Made by a program: the position numbers and the translations under genes
Notes under the pieces: model-generated
Seen by the model: the letters and a program-made list of their open reading frames with translations, nothing else
Told to the model about the DNA's origin: nothing
Databases searched by the model: none
Shown: positions 7,415 to 16,010 of the stretch, piece by piece
How the letters are laid out: every line of letters starts with the position of its first letter
Position numbering within the stretch: position 1 is the first letter of the stretch
Virus record (IMG/VR): IMGVR_UViG_3300013099_000023
Span: 1 to 55,952 of that record
Strand: one strand, 5' to 3'
DNA from: a virus
Taxonomy: Duplodnaviria > Caudoviricetes
DNA: 55,952 nucleotides

Positions 7415-8852
7415 TACTCATGCCTCCTAAATTATCAGTGATACCTGTGTCTATACGTTCATTCTCATTTCTAGAGTTCTCAATTTGTTTTGTTATGTCT
7501 ACTTCTTTAATAATTAATTTGCTATGGAAAAAGTGAAACCCAATACCTGCTTCACCTGTTCTACCACCTCTTCTTGAATCCTTAATACTTAAGCCGTAAA
7601 AACCGCAATCTTCTAAATCCCAAGCTTCCTCTTCAGCCTTCTTTTTATCTCGTAGGCCCCAAAAAGCTATCACGTCCCCATAACGAGCTATCCTATCTGA
7701 ATCTGCCACATCTCCTGATCTATTTAACTGTACAGCTGCTAAAAAAGGTATGTTAAGTATACCTGCTAAATCTTTTAATTTAGAAGTTACATCTCCAAGT
7801 ATTTGATGCTCTTTCCTACCTTTTTCTGTACTTGCTGAATCAGGCTCTTTGATGTAGTCAAATACTCCGAGGACTATGTTTTCTTTTAAGTGGTATTTTT
7901 TAAACAAAGCTGATATTTTTTCCACAGTATATCCAGGCATATAAAAATGAAATAGCTTACTCTTTTTTAATAAAGTTGCTGCATTAATAATTCTTTCATA
8001 AATGGTCTTATCTTTTTTAAAGCCACCATGTTTAATTACTCGTTCATCCACACCACTAATTATAGCTATAACCCTATCTCTCCACTCTTTAAATGTCATC
8101 TCAGTATCTATATAAAGTATTGGGTCACCTTGATGTACTGAAACATAAGAAGCTATATTGGTAAGTAAAGTACTCTTACCCATCTTCTTTCTAGCTGCTA
8201 CTATTGTTAAGGTGCCCGCCACTAAACCATCAATCGCTTTATCCAAAACAGGGTAGCCTGTCGAAAGTCCCATAAGTTCTACTTTATTATCTTGAATACT
8301 CTTAAGGTAGTCATCTAAACCATCAGCTACATGTGTAGGTTCTTCTATAGACAAACTAGATGCAGATAAAGAAAGTATATCCGATTGAACCTTACTTAGT
8401 AAGTCGCTACTGGGTGTGGAGCTGAAAGAACTTGCGTTTTCGAATACCATATTGGTATTATTTAGTAAATCATTATATAACTTGTACTTTGTACTGTCGT
8501 CTACTAACTTATCTAAGTAAAGGTCAAAATTTAAACTGGAAACTTCAACATTTTTTAAAGCTTCCACATAATCCTTAGTAAATATAGCACCTTTCCCTAA
8601 GTCTTTTGCTGCTGATAATAATAAAGGCGTGTCAAAAGATCTTACGCCTGCTTCATGTAAAGTTTTCATAAGAAAAAATATAACTTTAGAATCTTCAGAT
8701 AAAAAGTCATCTTGTGAAACTTTACTTAAAAGTGTATAAAAATGATCTTCACTTTGTATAGCTTTAGATATGATAGAACGTTCATTACTATAGTCACAAA
8801 ACCTATAGGTACCTTCTAAATCATTATGAGTTTCGTTGTTGGTATAATTCAT
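7392..8852 (-). CDS. dnaB: Replicative DNA helicase, DnaB family
   Basis: GLSTGYPVLD, Walker A ARKKMGKST, DTEM, VFDYI, QLNR, K.SRRG. Start set at ATG 8852 (track gives 8888). Confidence 0.92.
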   Translation of the reverse strand: MNYTNNETHNDLEGTYRFCDYSNERSIISKAIQSEDHFYTLLSKVSQDDFLSEDSKVIFFLMKTLHEAGVRSFDTPLLLSAAKDLGKGAIFTKDYVEALKNVEVSSLNFDLYLDKLVDDSTKYKLYNDLLNNTNMVFENASSFSSTPSSDLLSKVQSDILSLSASSLSIEEPTHVADGLDDYLKSIQDNKVELMGLSTGYPVLDKAIDGLVAGTLTIVAARKKMGKSTLLTNIASYVSVHQGDPILYIDTEMTFKEWRDRVIAIISGVDERVIKHGGFKKDKTIYERIINAATLLKKSKLFHFYMPGYTVEKISALFKKYHLKENIVLGVFDYIKEPDSASTEKGRKEHQILGDVTSKLKDLAGILNIPFLAAVQLNRSGDVADSDRIARYGDVIAFWGLRDKKKAEEEAWDLEDCGFYGLSIKDSRRGGRTGEAGIGFHFFHSKLIIKEVDITKQIENSRNENERIDTGITDNLGGMSNAADKLI

Positions 8853-9276
8853 TTTCCCTTCTTGTAAGTTCTCTTTTAAAGCTAGCAATTAGTTCTGAAA
8901 TAGTTTTATCTATACCTTCTAACAACAAGATCTCATCTTGTAGAATTTCTATATTATTTCTAATTTCTATAAGCTCAGGTTTATTATGTATAACATAAAA
9001 TCTTAAATCTTTTTTAGTTTTAAACCTTTTTAAATCCTCATCTGTAGTTAGCTCTATAATTTTTAATTCTAAATTTCTAGTATTCCTAGTAAGAAACATC
9101 TTTGTCTCATTAAATTTAGTCTTAAAATATATTAAGTATTGAGACAAAGCAATTATATATTGACTTACTTGTTGAGAATTAGTCTGTCCTAAAGTTCTAG
9201 AATCATAAGCAAATATCTCATCTATAAGTCCTGGATCTGGTGAAGCTTTTCTAAAAGAAACTAAACCTGCTTCCAT
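8824..9276 (-). CDS. Helical/coiled-coil protein, possibly UvsY-like recombination mediator
   Basis: 150 aa, heptad-like pattern, GAGGAGG RBS, located between recA and dnaB; function is inference. Confidence 0.45.
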   Translation of the reverse strand: MEAGLVSFRKASPDPGLIDEIFAYDSRTLGQTNSQQVSQYIIALSQYLIYFKTKFNETKMFLTRNTRNLELKIIELTTDEDLKRFKTKKDLRFYVIHNKPELIEIRNNIEILQDEILLLEGIDKTISELIASFKRELTRRENELYQQRNS

Positions 9277-9506
9277 TAAGACACCTCCTCATCTACACCT
9301 TTCTGTTCTTCTTTTACATAACAACCTGTACAAAAATAATCTGTTTCGTACTCTTTAGTTTCATTATTAAAAAAATTATACCAATCTGTCTTCATACCTA
9401 ACTGCTTACACTCTAAAGATAGATCACAATACTTAGAGTCGCCATGAAAAGTTCCATCTTTTAAAGGTATAAAGTCTTGACAACTTTTAATTAATATATC
9501 ACTCAC
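9276..9506 (-). CDS. Hypothetical small Cys-containing protein
   Basis: 76 aa, GAGG RBS, five Cys, translationally coupled. Confidence 0.55.
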   Translation of the reverse strand: MSDILIKSCQDFIPLKDGTFHGDSKYCDLSLECKQLGMKTDWYNFFNNETKEYETDYFCTGCYVKEEQKGVDEEVS

Positions 9507-9843
9507 TCATAGCCTCATATATTCTATTCAGAATTAATTGTTCAGTTATAGTATCTTTTTTATCATAAAAACGAACTAAAGTCAAGTTATTTTCTTCACA
9601 GTATTCTATTTTTAAATTATCCCTTCTTCTCTGAGCATAGAAATCCTCTATCGTATTATGAAAATGGCTTACATATTTGTAATGTTGTTCCCCATCACAC
9701 TCTACAAGTACTTGCAAAGAACGTATAAAAAAATCAAAAAATAACCTTGTATTTTTATAATTAATATAATACTCTTTTTCTATTTTATCAAAACTATACA
9801 AATTTTTTAGAGCTACGTAAGTAGCATCCGCTATTTTACTCAT
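9499..9843 (-). CDS. Vsr/DUF559-like PD-(D/E)XK endonuclease
   Basis: LFFDFFI...VLVECDGEQH...QRRRDNLK.EYC..NNLTLVRF. Confidence 0.8.
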   Translation of the reverse strand: MSKIADATYVALKNLYSFDKIEKEYYINYKNTRLFFDFFIRSLQVLVECDGEQHYKYVSHFHNTIEDFYAQRRRDNLKIEYCEENNLTLVRFYDKKDTITEQLILNRIYEAMSE

Positions 9844-10528
9844 TTATATAACCATATTTATTATGCATTAAAGTTTGGTACCACTCTGTATGCCAATCAC
9901 GATCTTTATTTGCTCTAGAGTTACATCCTATACAAAGTGTTATTAAATTACTTGGATGGCAATTCTTTTTATTATAATCTATATGATGGATACTTAAAGC
10001 CCTACTATATACAATTTTAAAACAATACGGATTTTGACACATATTAGAGTCTCTATCTTTTATTGCTTTTTTATAAATGTTGTCTGCCCATATCAAACAA
10101 TAAGGCTCTACAGATAACCCTCCCTGCCAATTCCAATGTTCTGACCCTTTAGGACTATAAATACTTCTACATTTCGGACACCCTAATCCTTTTTTAAAAT
10201 CATCCCATCGAATACTATGGTTATGCTTATTCTTACATATATAATCTAATTTTTCACTTGACCTTACATATTTTTTAGATAGTAAAATACAACCTTTACT
10301 TTCAAAAAAATTTTTAACATAATTGTATGTTGGAGGAGCATTCCCATAGCATCTTGGACAAGCGTGTCCTTGTTGAAAATCTCCCCACCTTATACAAAAT
10401 ATGTGTCCATTTTTACATAAACATTTTAATTTTTTAGTTGAGTTAATATATTTTTTTGAAAGTAAAATAAAGCCTTGTAACTTAAGTTGCTTTTTAATGA
10501 AGCTATATTTTAATTTTTTAGGCATCAC
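9836..10528 (-). CDS. HNH-type homing endonuclease with two N-terminal zinc-ribbon repeats
   Basis: 2x ILLSKKY..KL...CKN.H...IRW.DF..G..CP.C, then NWQGG, RDSNMCQ, IHHIDYNKKNC..SNLITLCIGCN. Confidence 0.85.
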   Translation of the reverse strand: MMPKKLKYSFIKKQLKLQGFILLSKKYINSTKKLKCLCKNGHIFCIRWGDFQQGHACPRCYGNAPPTYNYVKNFFESKGCILLSKKYVRSSEKLDYICKNKHNHSIRWDDFKKGLGCPKCRSIYSPKGSEHWNWQGGLSVEPYCLIWADNIYKKAIKDRDSNMCQNPYCFKIVYSRALSIHHIDYNKKNCHPSNLITLCIGCNSRANKDRDWHTEWYQTLMHNKYGYINE

Positions 10529-13500
10529 CCTTTACCTTCTTATCCCTTGCTTTCTGGGCATCATAATACTCTTTTAATCCTACTATCTCAATAACCTCGC
10601 CTCTTATAACTAAAAATACATCGTAGTTTTCCTTAAAAAATTCACGTAGACCTTTATCACCTTGACCTATGTTTTTATCTGCATAACTATACCACGAACC
10701 TGACTTGTTAATTATTCCTAAATCTACCGCCAATTTTATAATCTCACCTTCCATATCATAACCTACACCATAAAATAAATCTACTTCTGCTGTAGTAAAA
10801 GGTGCAGCTAGTTTATTCTTTTTTATTTCTATTTTAGTTTTATGTCCAATCACAGTACCTTGTTCATTAGTAAGTCTATTACTCTTAGCACCAACACCGC
10901 TAACTCTAAGTCTACCAGTAGAATAAAATGGTAGTGCTTCTCCTGCAGGAGTAGTTTCTGGTGAGTTATGCACTACTATGCCATTAGTGGAACTACCTAC
11001 CATATAAGTAGCATTGTCTTCTACGGTAATGTCAAACTTCCTAAGATTACGTAACTTTCTATCTGATGCCTTTTTAATACCTTTAATTCTAACATAACTA
11101 GTTTTTATTACAGGGCTGTTAGTTAAATTAAAATCTTGGTACTTATTTCTATATTCTACAGGTAATTTATAAGACATACACTCAGGGATAAACCTACATA
11201 TTGTGGAGGCTATTTTATCCGTTGCTTCAGTTTTGAACCATATGCTCCCGTCTTTAATGTTGTAGTTACATAAAAAACCAAGGTCACAAAAAGTTTCCTT
11301 AATCTCTTCTAAAGTAGTTGTGTCTCTTTTAAACCTTTTTATAGAGAGATTATATCTCCTATGACCTGTAGATAAATCTAGATGTCCATCGTCCATTATC
11401 AATAAAGCTAAGCCAAGAGCGCTGAAGTTATTTAAAAAAAACATAGTGTTCCTTTGGCCAATTTCTTTTTTGATTTTTGCAAATTCATAAGTGTAATCAC
11501 TTTCATATCTGATTTTATTTAGGGCTAAATCCCTTCTCTTTAATTTCAAACAAGGAGCTAATTTTTCTACTTTCCATTCTAAATATTCTGGATTAATACT
11601 ATCTTGTAATTTTAAGCATCCTGTATTAATAGACCTAACGTGTATTGTACTATCACAAACTAGAACTGCAGACATAAAATCTCCAAAAGAACCATTCATA
11701 GTCGCGTAATATTTTGAAACTAATAAATCGGCCTGCTTAAGCGAACCTGCAGTTGACCATCCTCTTTGAGTAAGTATTTTATGATAACTTGTACAGGTCA
11801 AACTAAACTTTCCTCCTTTATTATCTATAGCATCTGTTTGTATAGTTAAAAAATCGTTTGTATTTTCCACTTTTCCATTATCGTGCCAAGCTACTATAGG
11901 TTTTAACTCGTAAACATCTTTATTATCATTATAACTCCAAACGTTAGCTTCTATTTTATTATCCACAATATAACCTATAGGTAGACTTTTTCCGTCCTCT
12001 AACACTACTTGTGTATCATAATGAAAACAACCAAACATAACGCCGATTTTCTGTCTAATTTGATTAATAAATATAATACAAATTTGATGTTCAGCAGCTA
12101 ATGGTACATAACGTAATAAAGTTGTACTCATTAACCTAGCAAGTAAAGCAATATTAACATCACCAATCTCTTTTTCAGCCTGCACTTTAGGTATAAGCGC
12201 CGTTACACTATCTACAACAAGCAAATCTACGTTACCAGACTTCATAATCATTTCTGCTGCATCTAAATTGTCTTCTCCAGTGTATAAGTCTATCACCTCT
12301 AATTTAGCCAAGTCTACTCCCATCGATTCAAATAGTACTGGGTCAGCACTTTTTTCTGCATCAATAAACACAGCTTTCATACCTCTTGACTGAGCTTCTG
12401 CTATTATTGACATAGCTAAGGTAGTATTATGGCTAATTAAACCATTAGACAAAAAACTATGTGTTTCTGGCATCACAACATCAAACACTGGTTCTGGGTC
12501 TAATTTTTTTATAGAAGTTACTTTGGTACAAGCATAAAAATTATTCAATAAATTCAAATGTTCTAGTATTAAATTAGCACTTGAACCTTTATTTATTTTA
12601 GAAAAACTATTTATTATAATACTTAATTTTTTACTTGTTAGGTTTTGATTTCTATTTATCAAGGGTTCGACAAGGTCATACTCTAAAGTTGTAGCCTCAG
12701 AATCATTAAGTAAAACTTTTACTAGATCGTTTTGCCTAGGAAACGCCCAACTAAAAGAGGCACAAGGTTTCTCGCATTGTAATAACGTACATTTATCTAT
12801 CTTATTTTTTAAAATAAATCCTATGTTTTTAATGAACTTATTAGTATCATCTGATGATATAGTTATATGATAATAATACTTATCATAACTCTTATTTAAT
12901 TTCTTGTAAGTCTTTGACTTTATACCAAACCTATCTAACAATAGTAACTGAATCTGTTTAAGTAACTCTCTTGAAGCGCTACTTGCAGTTATACGATTTT
13001 TTCGCTCATAGCAACCATCAAGACTAAAATATGCAGACAAAAATTTTGATATAATTCTGGAAGAACTTACCCTTATAACCATAGGTACACTCTTTTCTTT
13101 AGCTAAGCTTTTACTTAATCCATACTTAGTATAAAGTAATTCTCTTAGTACTTTTGAATGCACAGCATATGAAAATGTATTATTATCCTTACTATATTTC
13201 TTTATGTTATTAAAATTAAAAAGCTTATCAACAAGACTTGAAAATAAAGATAGCATTTCAGGATCTTCATTTGTGAATAAAAATTTATTGCTGTAACCTA
13301 AACTACCTTCAGCTAATAGCATACCTAAAAAAGTAGCCTCTCCCTCTGTAACCTTATCTTCGTAAACCATTTCTGAACGGGTTTTATTTACTAGTAAATA
13401 ATCAGAAGTAGTTATATCTTTTGATTTTTTCCAAGATATAAAACCAGTATTATTATCTATAACCCTTAATTTATGATTATCTGTACATTTTATAGACAAA

Positions 13501-13946
13501 CCTGCTACAGTTTTTATATAATTTACTGGTTTTTTATTGCTCCACACAAAATGTGAAGTATTTTCCTCTAAACCTTTTTCATTCCTCAGACAACTTTTTA
13601 TCTCTTTGTTTTTATTAGTCGTAAAGGGCTTTTCGCCTTCAAGTTTAAATAATTCTTCGATTGTAACTAAACCATGTTCACTGTTTACATATGTGTCTTT
13701 AGTAACACATTTACCTCCAGATGTTGGTCCGTATATCTCATAAATCCTACCTAAAGCCACACCACCCCGTCCAAGCGCTGCATCTAGACCTATACTTCTA
13801 GTAGAGATAGTATCTATTATGAGGGGCCTTTCTGACATAGGTTTAACTACATTGCCGTACTTCTTTTCTATAGCTTTTAAAGCTATATCCATTTTAGAAA
13901 CTTTTTTCTTACCTTCTGCTTTTTTTGTTGTTGCTTTTTTAACCAT
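10518..13946 (-). CDS. recA: RecA recombinase precursor with two inteins (359 aa after splicing)
   Basis: LDAALG.GG..GRIYEIYGP.SGGK|TTLA, FIDAE, LVVDSV, IFINQIR.KIGVMFG|SPETTP.G.AL.FY, KNK.AAPF, GSWYSY. Confidence 0.97.
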   Translation of the reverse strand: MVKKATTKKAEGKKKVSKMDIALKAIEKKYGNVVKPMSERPLIIDTISTRSIGLDAALGRGGVALGRIYEIYGPTSGGKCVTKDTYVNSEHGLVTIEELFKLEGEKPFTTNKNKEIKSCLRNEKGLEENTSHFVWSNKKPVNYIKTVAGLSIKCTDNHKLRVIDNNTGFISWKKSKDITTSDYLLVNKTRSEMVYEDKVTEGEATFLGMLLAEGSLGYSNKFLFTNEDPEMLSLFSSLVDKLFNFNNIKKYSKDNNTFSYAVHSKVLRELLYTKYGLSKSLAKEKSVPMVIRVSSSRIISKFLSAYFSLDGCYERKNRITASSASRELLKQIQLLLLDRFGIKSKTYKKLNKSYDKYYYHITISSDDTNKFIKNIGFILKNKIDKCTLLQCEKPCASFSWAFPRQNDLVKVLLNDSEATTLEYDLVEPLINRNQNLTSKKLSIIINSFSKINKGSSANLILEHLNLLNNFYACTKVTSIKKLDPEPVFDVVMPETHSFLSNGLISHNTTLAMSIIAEAQSRGMKAVFIDAEKSADPVLFESMGVDLAKLEVIDLYTGEDNLDAAEMIMKSGNVDLLVVDSVTALIPKVQAEKEIGDVNIALLARLMSTTLLRYVPLAAEHQICIIFINQIRQKIGVMFGCFHYDTQVVLEDGKSLPIGYIVDNKIEANVWSYNDNKDVYELKPIVAWHDNGKVENTNDFLTIQTDAIDNKGGKFSLTCTSYHKILTQRGWSTAGSLKQADLLVSKYYATMNGSFGDFMSAVLVCDSTIHVRSINTGCLKLQDSINPEYLEWKVEKLAPCLKLKRRDLALNKIRYESDYTYEFAKIKKEIGQRNTMFFLNNFSALGLALLIMDDGHLDLSTGHRRYNLSIKRFKRDTTTLEEIKETFCDLGFLCNYNIKDGSIWFKTEATDKIASTICRFIPECMSYKLPVEYRNKYQDFNLTNSPVIKTSYVRIKGIKKASDRKLRNLRKFDITVEDNATYMVGSSTNGIVVHNSPETTPAGEALPFYSTGRLRVSGVGAKSNRLTNEQGTVIGHKTKIEIKKNKLAAPFTTAEVDLFYGVGYDMEGEIIKLAVDLGIINKSGSWYSYADKNIGQGDKGLREFFKENYDVFLVIRGEVIEIVGLKEYYDAQKARDKKVKGDA
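10965..12029 (-). mobile_element. Intein 2 (355 aa) at RecA KIGVMFG|SPET, LAGLIDADG-type
   Basis: MFG|CFHYDTQV...TSYH...LALLIMDDG...FDITVEDNATY..IVVHN|S. Confidence 0.95.
12426..13709 (-). mobile_element. Intein 1 (428 aa) in the RecA P-loop, with LAGLIDADG endonuclease
   Basis: GGK|CVTKDT...TDNH...FLGMLLAEG...FLSAYFSLDG...VFDVVM..HSFLSNGLISHN|T. Confidence 0.95.
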
Positions 13947-14547
13947 TCAACCCTCTCCTTTTATTTATTTCGTCTATATCAAACCCTGTACAAACATCAA
14001 CATTAGCTTTAGAAAAAATCTGAGCTTTATTTAACATAACTGTTTCATTGTACTTTACATAATTGGTATTTAGTAAACTTATAATCTTATCTGTTATCCA
14101 TTTACATTTATCTGTACCAAATATCCATATACCTGCTTCTCTATTAAGTCCTAGATCTTCTTTGTAAATAAATAATGCCTCTATTATAGTAGCAGTATCT
14201 TGCATAGCTTCTTCTAAAGAGCAGTCTAGGTACTCTCTACGTTGTTTAACAAATTTAGATATTAAAATAATATCTTTTTTTCTATTTGCTACTAGAGGAC
14301 AAGCACTACCTTTATGGAAACGATATAAAGAATAGAAGTAATTAACTAAGTCCTCTGCTTTTTTTATGACTTCTCTTTTAGGTAAGGCTATAACTTTAAA
14401 ATCCCTATATTGTAGGTAATCTTTACACAACATGTCTATTTCAGTATAGTTTACTACCTCTGTACCAAAAAGATTTGTTTCCCCTAAACTACCTAAGGAT
14501 TTATACAGACATTTTAGTATTTCTTCTAATTTATTCATATTAGGCAC
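13939..14547 (-). CDS. Hypothetical protein between clamp and recA
   Basis: 202 aa, overlaps both neighbours; no motif recognised. Confidence 0.6.
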   Translation of the reverse strand: MPNMNKLEEILKCLYKSLGSLGETNLFGTEVVNYTEIDMLCKDYLQYRDFKVIALPKREVIKKAEDLVNYFYSLYRFHKGSACPLVANRKKDIILISKFVKQRREYLDCSLEEAMQDTATIIEALFIYKEDLGLNREAGIWIFGTDKCKWITDKIISLLNTNYVKYNETVMLNKAQIFSKANVDVCTGFDIDEINKRRGLNG

Positions 14548-15673
14548 GTTTAATATTTGTTATTAAAGCCTTCTGATCTTTAAAATTAGATGAATCAAAA
14601 ATTAAGTAACCATCCTTATCTGAAAAATACATGTCCAAAATATCGTCCTGTATAGCATCTAAAGTTTGCGCAAGAAATAAGCCGTTAATGTCAATAATAA
14701 ACTCTCCATCAAAATCTATAGGAGATTCGTACTCTGCTTCAAAATAAGGTGAGCTCATACAAAGTTGTTTATTTTTTAATTCTATAGTTAAACGTTTGTT
14801 ATCATCATCATTGAGAACTCCTAAATAAGGTATAAAACAACTCAACATTACTTCTTTATCTATTACTATTTTATGTTTATAGTTATCAAATGTTGATTGG
14901 TAGTCTGGGAAAGCTGCGTCTACAATAAGGTTTGAATGTAGTACAGAATTATTTACTAAGGCTTTTATTTTTCCATCTGAAATATCAAAACTTATATCGT
15001 CAATACTAGCAGCTATTTTTCTTAAAGCTATTATGAAAGAATGTGGGACTATGTAGGAACCTTCAAATAAATTACCAGTATTTTTAGTACTGTATTCAGA
15101 AAGTTTCAAGGCATCAGTAGCTACAAAATAAATATTATCCTGTGTAAAAGAAATGTTCATTCCTTGTATAAAACTTTGTTGAGCGTTAGGGTCAATAGCA
15201 TAAAGTACTTTAGCTATAGCTAATTTTAAAACTACGGATCTTAACCTGAAGGCTTCTTTCTTAAAGGGTTCAGGAACAAAAAATTTCTGTTGAGGAAAAG
15301 TTTTTAACAGTAATTTATTTTTAGAAGTTTTACCTGTTTCAAAAGTATTTGTAAGTCTTACGCTTACATTCTTTTTTAAATTTTTAAATGTAACATCTTT
15401 TACTCCAGAAGTGCCATCCCAAAAAATAAAAGAATTAGCGAAGGAAGCTAATTTAGTAAAAGGTACACAAACAGTTCCTTGTGTTTTAACAACATTACCT
15501 GTCACCATATGAGTAGTGGCTAGCCTACCATTATTCCCTACAAAAACAATTGAGCCATCTTCAGCTATGTCTAATAAAACCTGTCCTGCTGCTTCGGGAG
15601 AATTTGGTTTTGCTACTGCACCTACTACTTTTAAAGCTTTTTGTAACTTGTCTAATCCAATTGTAAATTCCAT
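14540..15673 (-). CDS. dnaN: DNA polymerase III beta sliding clamp
   Basis: 377 aa; MEFTI..KL..AL..V start, VATDALKLS, FPDY, I.ING.FL..TL.AI; AAGGAG RBS. Confidence 0.88.
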   Translation of the reverse strand: MEFTIGLDKLQKALKVVGAVAKPNSPEAAGQVLLDIAEDGSIVFVGNNGRLATTHMVTGNVVKTQGTVCVPFTKLASFANSFIFWDGTSGVKDVTFKNLKKNVSVRLTNTFETGKTSKNKLLLKTFPQQKFFVPEPFKKEAFRLRSVVLKLAIAKVLYAIDPNAQQSFIQGMNISFTQDNIYFVATDALKLSEYSTKNTGNLFEGSYIVPHSFIIALRKIAASIDDISFDISDGKIKALVNNSVLHSNLIVDAAFPDYQSTFDNYKHKIVIDKEVMLSCFIPYLGVLNDDDNKRLTIELKNKQLCMSSPYFEAEYESPIDFDGEFIIDINGLFLAQTLDAIQDDILDMYFSDKDGYLIFDSSNFKDQKALITNIKRA

Positions 15674-15721
15674 AAAATACTCCTTAACTTAAAAAATTAA
15701 CATACACATTATTATTTAATA

Positions 15722-15750
15722 AAAATAACATATAATGCAATAAATGTCAA
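15722..15750 (-). promoter_or_regulatory. Sigma70-type promoter heading the replication operon
   Basis: Minus strand TTGACA (15750-15745), 17 bp, TGn + TATTTT (15727-15722), 48 bp before the dnaN ATG. Confidence 0.7.
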
Positions 15751-15761
15751 GGTATTTGTGA

Positions 15762-15995
15762 CTAACTAAAATATTTAGGGTTCTTATACACATTTAATTT
15801 AGAATCAACATCTTCATCACACATAAAATTAAGTTGTCCTACTAAAGCATTAATATTGTCCTTCATACAAACTAAACATAAATTTTTACAAAACTTTGCT
15901 TCAAAAATAGTCTCATCTTCTAAATAAAAACCAAACATATTATTATATGAAGTTACACCTTGTAGCTCTTCTCCACATTCTGTACATTTTAACAT
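15762..15995 (-). CDS. Hypothetical small zinc-binding protein
   Basis: CTEC..CLVC; AAGGAG RBS. Confidence 0.6.
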   Translation of the reverse strand: MLKCTECGEELQGVTSYNNMFGFYLEDETIFEAKFCKNLCLVCMKDNINALVGQLNFMCDEDVDSKLNVYKNPKYFS

Positions 15996-16010
15996 CGTAT
16001 ACTCCTTAAA

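Noticed and set aside
1-15700. Cellular chromosome origin suggested by dnaN/recA/dnaB/dnaG/dnaJ
   Set aside because: These genes are not clustered like this in bacteria, are divergent, and adjoin 40 kb of co-oriented virion-like genes.
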